Origin: an uncultured Candidatus Saccharibacteria bacterium
GTDB taxonomy: Bacteria > Patescibacteriota > Minisyncoccia > Phycocordibacterales > UBA5272
Direction of reading: 5' to 3'
DNA: 64,000 nucleotides
Assembly (NCBI GenBank): GCA_964621595.1
Contig: CAZUPO010000001.1
Location: 14,758 to 78,757, forward strand
Positions 58,368 to 64,000 of this stretch are shown here, piece after piece (position 1 is the first letter of the stretch; every line of letters begins with the position of its first letter). A program made the position numbers and the translations under genes. The notes below the pieces were generated by a model, which saw nothing but the letters and a program-made list of their open reading frames with translations, was not told the DNA's origin and made no database searches.

Positions 58368-60023
58368 ATGACTCGTTTATATTTTTATGACATTCAAGAG
58401 GCAGAAAAAGAGCCGCTCCAGAGATCTCTCACACACCTAGAACCCGTATATATAGAGCAACCGATACGTTTGGACCTTGTTCATGAAGATGCAGAAATTG
58501 TGTCGCTCTTTGTTTCAAGCACTCTCACAAGAGAAATGATCGACAAGATGCCAAATTTAAAACTAGTCGTCACACGCTCTACTGGATTTGATCACATTGA
58601 TATACAAGCACTGAGTGAACGCACCATCCCAGTACTCAATGTACCAAGTTACGGCGAACACACCGTTGCAGAATACGGATTTGGATTACTCCTTGGTCTT
58701 ACTAGAAAAATTCCGATCGCAACTAAAATGACGCGAGAAAACGTGTGTGTACCTCCAGAGGAGGTACGTGGTGTTGATCTTTCCGGAAAAACTCTTGGGG
58801 TTGTTGGCGCTGGAAGAATCGGTAGAAAAATGATTGCTATGGGAAGAGGTTTTGGTATGAATGTGCTCGCATATGACCCGCACGAGGACGCCGCTTCTGC
58901 TACATCGCTTGGTTTCCGTTACGCCCCACTTGAAGAAGTTCTAAGAGCTTCTGATGTTATTAGTCTTCACATGCCAGCAACGCCAGAAAATCATCACATG
59001 ATTTCGCGTGATGTTTTGCAACATGTCGTGAAAAAAGGAGTTTACATCATTAATACCGCTCGTGGTGAACTTATCGATACTGAGGCTCTCATAGAAGCAC
59101 TTCAGGGTGGAATTGTTGCGGGTGCCGGACTCGATGTGTGTGAAGGAGAAGAGTTACTTAAACGTCGTTGTTCGATAGAAGTCTTTAATGCAGCTAACAG
59201 TACTGAATTATTGAAAGAGTCGGCACATATTTCTATATTGAAGAGTCTTCCTAATGTACTTCTTACACCTCACATCGCATATGACACTGTAGAGGCGCTC
59301 GGTAGAATTTGTGATACAACCGCCTCCAACATACAATCATTTTTGCAAGGCACAATCGTCAATCAAGTAAAATCTGGAGTAAAACCGTTTGGGAAACTTA
59401 TTCTCATTCGTCACGCAGAGTCAGAATGGAATGCTCAGGGTATGTGGACTGGTACACGAGACAAACATCTTACCGACAAAGGATTCCAAGATGCCCGAGT
59501 GCTGGGTACCATTATTGAAGATATCCATATCGATCATGCTTTTGCGTCGACACAACTACGTACAATCGAAACACTGTCTTCTATCTTGGGGACTATGCAC
59601 CAACTGACGGTTCCAATATCTCGAGATTCGTCACTCAATGAACGCGACTATGGTGACTATACCGGAAAAAATAAACATGAGATGAAAGAAATCCTTGGTG
59701 AAGAACAATTTGAAAAAGTTCGACGAGGATGGAATGTGCCTATTCCAAACGGTGAGACGTTAGAGATGGTCTATAACCGTACAGTACCCTACTACCAGTC
59801 TAGTATTGTGCCACGCTTACAGAAGGGAGAAAATGTTCTCATTGTGTCTCATGGAAATGCTTTACGTGCTCTTATGAAATATATTGAATCGCTTTCGGAT
59901 GAACAGATAGAGCATACCGAGATGATGTTTGGCGGTGCTGTCGTCTATACCGTTAATGAGCAAGGTCTGATGACTCACAAAGAAACTCGCGAGACCCCCT
60001 CCCTCTCATACGATCATGTTTAA
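58368..60023 (+). CDS. fusion of D-2-hydroxyacid (D-lactate-type) dehydrogenase and 2,3-BPG-dependent phosphoglycerate mutase
   Basis: N-part STGFDHID, GAGRIG, NTARG, LDV.E.E, TPHIA; C-part LIRHAESEWN...TG, LNERDYG, RR.W..P.P.GE, SHGNALRA. Confidence 0.9.
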   Translation: MTRLYFYDIQEAEKEPLQRSLTHLEPVYIEQPIRLDLVHEDAEIVSLFVSSTLTREMIDKMPNLKLVVTRSTGFDHIDIQALSERTIPVLNVPSYGEHTVAEYGFGLLLGLTRKIPIATKMTRENVCVPPEEVRGVDLSGKTLGVVGAGRIGRKMIAMGRGFGMNVLAYDPHEDAASATSLGFRYAPLEEVLRASDVISLHMPATPENHHMISRDVLQHVVKKGVYIINTARGELIDTEALIEALQGGIVAGAGLDVCEGEELLKRRCSIEVFNAANSTELLKESAHISILKSLPNVLLTPHIAYDTVEALGRICDTTASNIQSFLQGTIVNQVKSGVKPFGKLILIRHAESEWNAQGMWTGTRDKHLTDKGFQDARVLGTIIEDIHIDHAFASTQLRTIETLSSILGTMHQLTVPISRDSSLNERDYGDYTGKNKHEMKEILGEEQFEKVRRGWNVPIPNGETLEMVYNRTVPYYQSSIVPRLQKGENVLIVSHGNALRALMKYIESLSDEQIEHTEMMFGGAVVYTVNEQGLMTHKETRETPSLSYDHV

Positions 60024-61044
60024 GGTACTTACACATACACCCGAGGTTATAGCAACAATAGGACCAAGTTCTGAAAGTGAAGAAGTGCTTCGTACTATGC
60101 TTTCGAATGGGTTACGTATTGGTCGTTTTAATTTTAGTCACGGTGATTACGAAACACAAAAAAAGCGAGTGGATCTTTTCCTTTCACTTGCACAAGAAGG
60201 GTCTATACCCCATCTTGTATTCGCAGATCTTTCTGGACCAAAAGTCCGTGTAGGCAAATTAGAGAATGGCTCTGTCGAACTTCTTGTTGGCGCTTCGTTT
60301 AGTCTCACAACCAAGGAAATCGTTGGCTCAGCGATCTGTGCACATGTCACGTACGCACATTTTACAAAAGGTATCCAAGCAGGAATGAAAATCCTTCTGG
60401 ATGATGGCAGAATTGAACTGGTGGTAGAAAATGTTACCGAGGATACTGCTCAAACACGCGTGCTTCGTGGTGGAATGCTTCTTGAAGAAAAAGGAGTGAA
60501 TGTGCCCGAAGCGCTCTGGAGTCTCTCTTCGCTTACAGAAAAAGATCTTCAGGACCTATCATTTATCATGAATGAGAACTATCACGCAATCGCCCTTTCA
60601 TTTGTACGCTCAAAAGAAAACATCGAGGAAGCAAGGAAGTACATGCAAACCACATTTAATAAAACCTTGCCAATTATTACAAAGATAGAAACCAGGCAAG
60701 CGCTTCACAACTTAGAGACCATCATAGAAAGTTCGGACGTTGTCATGGTCGCTCGCGGAGACTTGGGAGTGGAGATTGGTCTCGAACATGTGCCGATGCA
60801 TCAGAAACGTATTTGTGAAGTTGCTTCTCGCTACAACAAGCCTGTGATCGTAGCAACACAACTGCTTGAATCTATGGTGGAGTCACCGACACCTACACGG
60901 GCAGAGGTGAGCGATGTCGTAAACGCGATACTTGATGGCGCATCATACATTATGCTTTCTGATGAAACAACCACAGGTAAATACCCTATTGAGGCCGTCT
61001 CAACGCTTTCTACTATTATCAAAGACTACAACGCAACTGTGTAA
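60016..61044 (+). CDS. pyk: pyruvate kinase, short form lacking the C-terminal allosteric domain
   Basis: ATIGP, RFNFSHG, DL.GPK.R, KIET, MVARGDLGVE, PTRAEVSDV, MLS.ET. Confidence 0.93.
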   Translation: MFKVLTHTPEVIATIGPSSESEEVLRTMLSNGLRIGRFNFSHGDYETQKKRVDLFLSLAQEGSIPHLVFADLSGPKVRVGKLENGSVELLVGASFSLTTKEIVGSAICAHVTYAHFTKGIQAGMKILLDDGRIELVVENVTEDTAQTRVLRGGMLLEEKGVNVPEALWSLSSLTEKDLQDLSFIMNENYHAIALSFVRSKENIEEARKYMQTTFNKTLPIITKIETRQALHNLETIIESSDVVMVARGDLGVEIGLEHVPMHQKRICEVASRYNKPVIVATQLLESMVESPTPTRAEVSDVVNAILDGASYIMLSDETTTGKYPIEAVSTLSTIIKDYNATV

Positions 61045-61050
61045 ATTATC

Positions 61051-62016
61051 TTATCGAGTGAAGGTAAATGTCTTTGCTATGTCTCCTGCTGTTGTGTAGT
61101 AACCGCTGAGCGCTGCCTCACTTAATCCTGGCTTCATGGTGTCATCTTTGTATGTTGATTGATGGCGTATCTGCTCAATAACGTAACACATATTATTGTG
61201 AACGGTACGATAACTTTCTCCCTTCATCATTTTCATCATTCCCGCATCCTCAAAACTAAAGCGCTTGAACGTCACACCGTTAATACTTACGTTAAGAATT
61301 TTTTGTGATGTATACCCAGGATCCATGGAGTAACACTCTTGTACATTTGGACTAACTCCAACGCGTGTCTCCGCTACGTAAAATAGTGGATAATTCTTTC
61401 CAGAGGATACGGTTCCCTGATCAATTCGATATACTGGGAACGACACGACGACTTTACCTTGATTATTAAGTGCTGCATTTATTCTCCAGTTACTTGCTAC
61501 ATCGTAAAAGGTTGTGAAGTATGGCTGTGAAGTTACTGTAGCTGGAAATCTCATCGAAAATCCATACTCACTATTTGCATAACTGCGAGGAAACGATGAT
61601 TTGGTGGCAGTCTTTTGTGATGGCCCAGTACTAGATGAAGAACTTTTTGTAGTGGTGGTAGCTACGGTGCTCGTAACCGCACTCTGGTCGGATGGCGTGG
61701 TGCAGTTTGAATATGTTGTACTTGATCCTTCCGTGAGCCATGCAGTGTCGCCCTTATTCCAAAACACAACACTCTCGTCTTTGTTTCCATAACGAGCACC
61801 GGAGGCAGACACAAGATGGGCAAGTGCCATAACGCGCCCATCACTTAGCCGAAGAGAAACTTTTTCATCATCTTTAGGATAAAATGTCGCCCGGATAGTA
61901 GAACTCCCTTCACAAGAAAATAAGTATGTTTGTTTCTCTTGTTTAATAAAAAATGCCCATACTAAAATAAGAATTCCGACGCCTACAAGAAATGCTTTTG
62001 AAGTGACAATTTTCAT
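61051..62016 (-). CDS. exported protein with MliC-like (lysozyme inhibitor) domain
   Basis: F.C, SASGARY, FWNKG..A motif. Confidence 0.78.
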   Translation of the reverse strand: MKIVTSKAFLVGVGILILVWAFFIKQEKQTYLFSCEGSSTIRATFYPKDDEKVSLRLSDGRVMALAHLVSASGARYGNKDESVVFWNKGDTAWLTEGSSTTYSNCTTPSDQSAVTSTVATTTTKSSSSSTGPSQKTATKSSFPRSYANSEYGFSMRFPATVTSQPYFTTFYDVASNWRINAALNNQGKVVVSFPVYRIDQGTVSSGKNYPLFYVAETRVGVSPNVQECYSMDPGYTSQKILNVSINGVTFKRFSFEDAGMMKMMKGESYRTVHNNMCYVIEQIRHQSTYKDDTMKPGLSEAALSGYYTTAGDIAKTFTFTR

Positions 62017-62119
62017 ATATGGTGTATATAACAAGTGTATCACTGGGGTATGGTACCTGTATATAAGGGTATAAAAACCTTTGTTTTACATAGGTAACGT
62101 GTGGTATGCTTGAAATTAT

Positions 62120-62815
62120 ATGAAACAGCAAGTAACTACAGCCATTATTCTTTGTGCGGGTCGTGGTACTCGTATGGGAACGCTTACTGATACATTACCT
62201 AAACCCCTTCTCCCCCTTTCAACGGGGGTCACTCTTCTTGAAGCCAAGTTACAAGCCCTCCCGGAGAGTATCACCCGCATCATTCTTATTGTTGGATATA
62301 TGGGTGACAAAATTCGCCAACACATCGGCACAATGTACCAAGGCAAGGAAGTTCTCTACATTGAGCAAGATATCGAGAAATCCTACGGCGTGGGTGCGGC
62401 ACTCTACCTATGTAAACCATATATACATGACGAAATAGTACTTGTCATGATGGGGGATGATATTTATGCAAAAGAAGATCTGCGGAAACTTTGTGAGTAT
62501 GAATATTCTATCCTCTTGGCATATCTTGGGGAACAAAAATATAACGCTAAGTGGCAAGTTGCCGTACGAGATAACTCTACTCTACAAGAATTTTATCCTG
62601 AGGTTCCACCCAAAGAAAAGCAGACCGGCATCATCAACGCCGCTGCGTACACATTCGGACCAAAATATTTTGATCTAGAGCCGGTACAAGGACTAAGTGG
62701 GGAACTAGAAATACCTCCAACAATGATGAAACTAATAGCGCTTGGAACAGATTTCCATGTTGTGCGTGCAACATATTGGAAACAAGTAACTGCACCGGAA
62801 GATTTAGTTCTTTAG
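62120..62815 (+). CDS. sugar-phosphate nucleotidyltransferase family protein
   Basis: AIILCAGRGTRM..LT..LPKPL, MGDD. Confidence 0.85.
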   Translation: MKQQVTTAIILCAGRGTRMGTLTDTLPKPLLPLSTGVTLLEAKLQALPESITRIILIVGYMGDKIRQHIGTMYQGKEVLYIEQDIEKSYGVGAALYLCKPYIHDEIVLVMMGDDIYAKEDLRKLCEYEYSILLAYLGEQKYNAKWQVAVRDNSTLQEFYPEVPPKEKQTGIINAAAYTFGPKYFDLEPVQGLSGELEIPPTMMKLIALGTDFHVVRATYWKQVTAPEDLVL

Positions 62816-63249
62816 AGTGGGAGACGTTTTGGCATAGCCAAGATTCTTTTTGGATCTTTTTTCCACGCATCACTTACGTCAACATAGAGTTCCAATTCAT
62901 TATTATCTGGATCAAGAATATAGAGGCTATGGGTAACATGATGATCTGCACTCCCTACTATTTGCACTTCGCGAGAAATAAGTTCCCGCTGCACCTCGCG
63001 TAATTCCTCGGTACTATTCCCAACCTTGAATCCAATGTGATAGAGGCCGGGCTCTGGCCGCCCCATGGTTCTTGGCTCTCCACCAACTTCGATGAGTAAT
63101 AATTCATGATGCGTCCTTCCACCAGAATATAGTGCGGTGTGCAAATCTCGATGTATCTCATGAAAACCTAAAATATCTCTATAGAATGATGCTGATTTTC
63201 CGAGGTTTGAAACATACAGCACAACGTGCCCAAGTTCAAGTATCTTCAT
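62812..63249 (-). CDS. VOC/glyoxalase family protein
   Basis: LGHVVLYV, FY..ILG, GLYHIGF, Y..DPD.NE.EL. Confidence 0.88.
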   Translation of the reverse strand: MKILELGHVVLYVSNLGKSASFYRDILGFHEIHRDLHTALYSGGRTHHELLLIEVGGEPRTMGRPEPGLYHIGFKVGNSTEELREVQRELISREVQIVGSADHHVTHSLYILDPDNNELELYVDVSDAWKKDPKRILAMPKRLPL

Positions 63250-63313
63250 ATCTAGGAGTATACCAAATACTGAAAAACGACCGTTTTACTATGGTACACT
63301 TAATTCTACGTAC

Positions 63314-64000
63314 ATGAAAAGTGTCCTCATTTCACTCTATAGTTCCTTTGCGGTGTTTGCATCATTTCTGCTTGGTATTTTGCTCTATGGACCACGTACT
63401 GCGGTTTCCCCTGCCCCTCTTATAACAAAAAACATAGAGATGGTCGCGACAACATCTCTGCTTGTTGTACAACAAGAGCAATCAACTAAGCCAATAGCTA
63501 CAACATCCTCAAACGTAGCCATTAAGGCTCCAATAAAAAAAGTACTTCCACAAGTTACTAAACCTGTTGCCATAACACCAACAACAGATACACACATCGA
63601 TACGATGACTGACACGGTTCGTTCTTCATCGTACAAAAATCCATGTCTTGAAACAGTAACGTACGGTCTTGGGAAATTTGATGAACGTTTTGGAATTTCA
63701 AAAGACGCATTACTTTCCACACTTGAACGATCTGTAACCACATGGAATACGGCGGGACAAAAAATATTCTTTAGGGTTGCAACGTCATCTCCAGATATAC
63801 GCGTCGATCTTATATATGATGAACGTCAAGAAAACACGGTTAGTAATAATTTCTTAAAAGCAGAAATCGATAACTCCAAACAAAATGCCGAAGGAATACG
63901 CAATGAGTACGAAGCTATGAAGGTGTCATTCACCACAAAAAAAACTACCTACCTAAACGACTCTGAAGTATTTACACAACAACAAAAGCAATACAACGAT
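63314..64000 (+). CDS. membrane-anchored protein, probable matrixin-like metalloprotease N-terminus (3'-truncated)
   Basis: Open from ATG 63314 to window end; TM, Thr-rich linker, PC...TY.LG.FD.RFGIS..W...LIYDERQ; catalytic motif not in window. Confidence 0.6.
   Translation, partial: MKSVLISLYSSFAVFASFLLGILLYGPRTAVSPAPLITKNIEMVATTSLLVVQQEQSTKPIATTSSNVAIKAPIKKVLPQVTKPVAITPTTDTHIDTMTDTVRSSSYKNPCLETVTYGLGKFDERFGISKDALLSTLERSVTTWNTAGQKIFFRVATSSPDIRVDLIYDERQENTVSNNFLKAEIDNSKQNAEGIRNEYEAMKVSFTTKKTTYLNDSEVFTQQQKQYND

Overview
Chromosomal window from a small-genome bacterium, most likely Patescibacteria/CPR (Parcubacteria-like; inferred from gene repertoire, short leaders lacking Shine-Dalgarno sites and CPR-type secreted proteins; code 11 because TGA acts as stop). 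Core genes include cysS, dnaB, recR, rpmA, rplI, rplU, rlmB, rmuC, a UvrD-like helicase-nuclease, a CtpA protease, ilvE, a MacAB-like exporter, eno, a short pyk and tRNA-Gln(TTG). Four unusual layers are superimposed. (1) About 14 visibly GC-rich one- or two-gene islets, most with their own -35/17-bp/-10 promoter, a strong SD and an intrinsic terminator, lie between host genes that instead use extended -10, near-leaderless starts. (2) Four GC-rich, ORF-free, highly structured units with their own promoters are candidate novel ncRNAs, including a tandem, possibly paralogous pair between recR and rplU. (3) A variable region at tRNA-Gln has two long direct repeats (290 bp and about 190 bp), a tRNA-derived long palindrome and different cargo in each repeat unit, with no integrase in view. 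(4) A D-2-hydroxyacid dehydrogenase is fused to phosphoglycerate mutase within a lower-glycolysis cluster. All family calls come from reading motifs by eye; no searches or folding programs were run.
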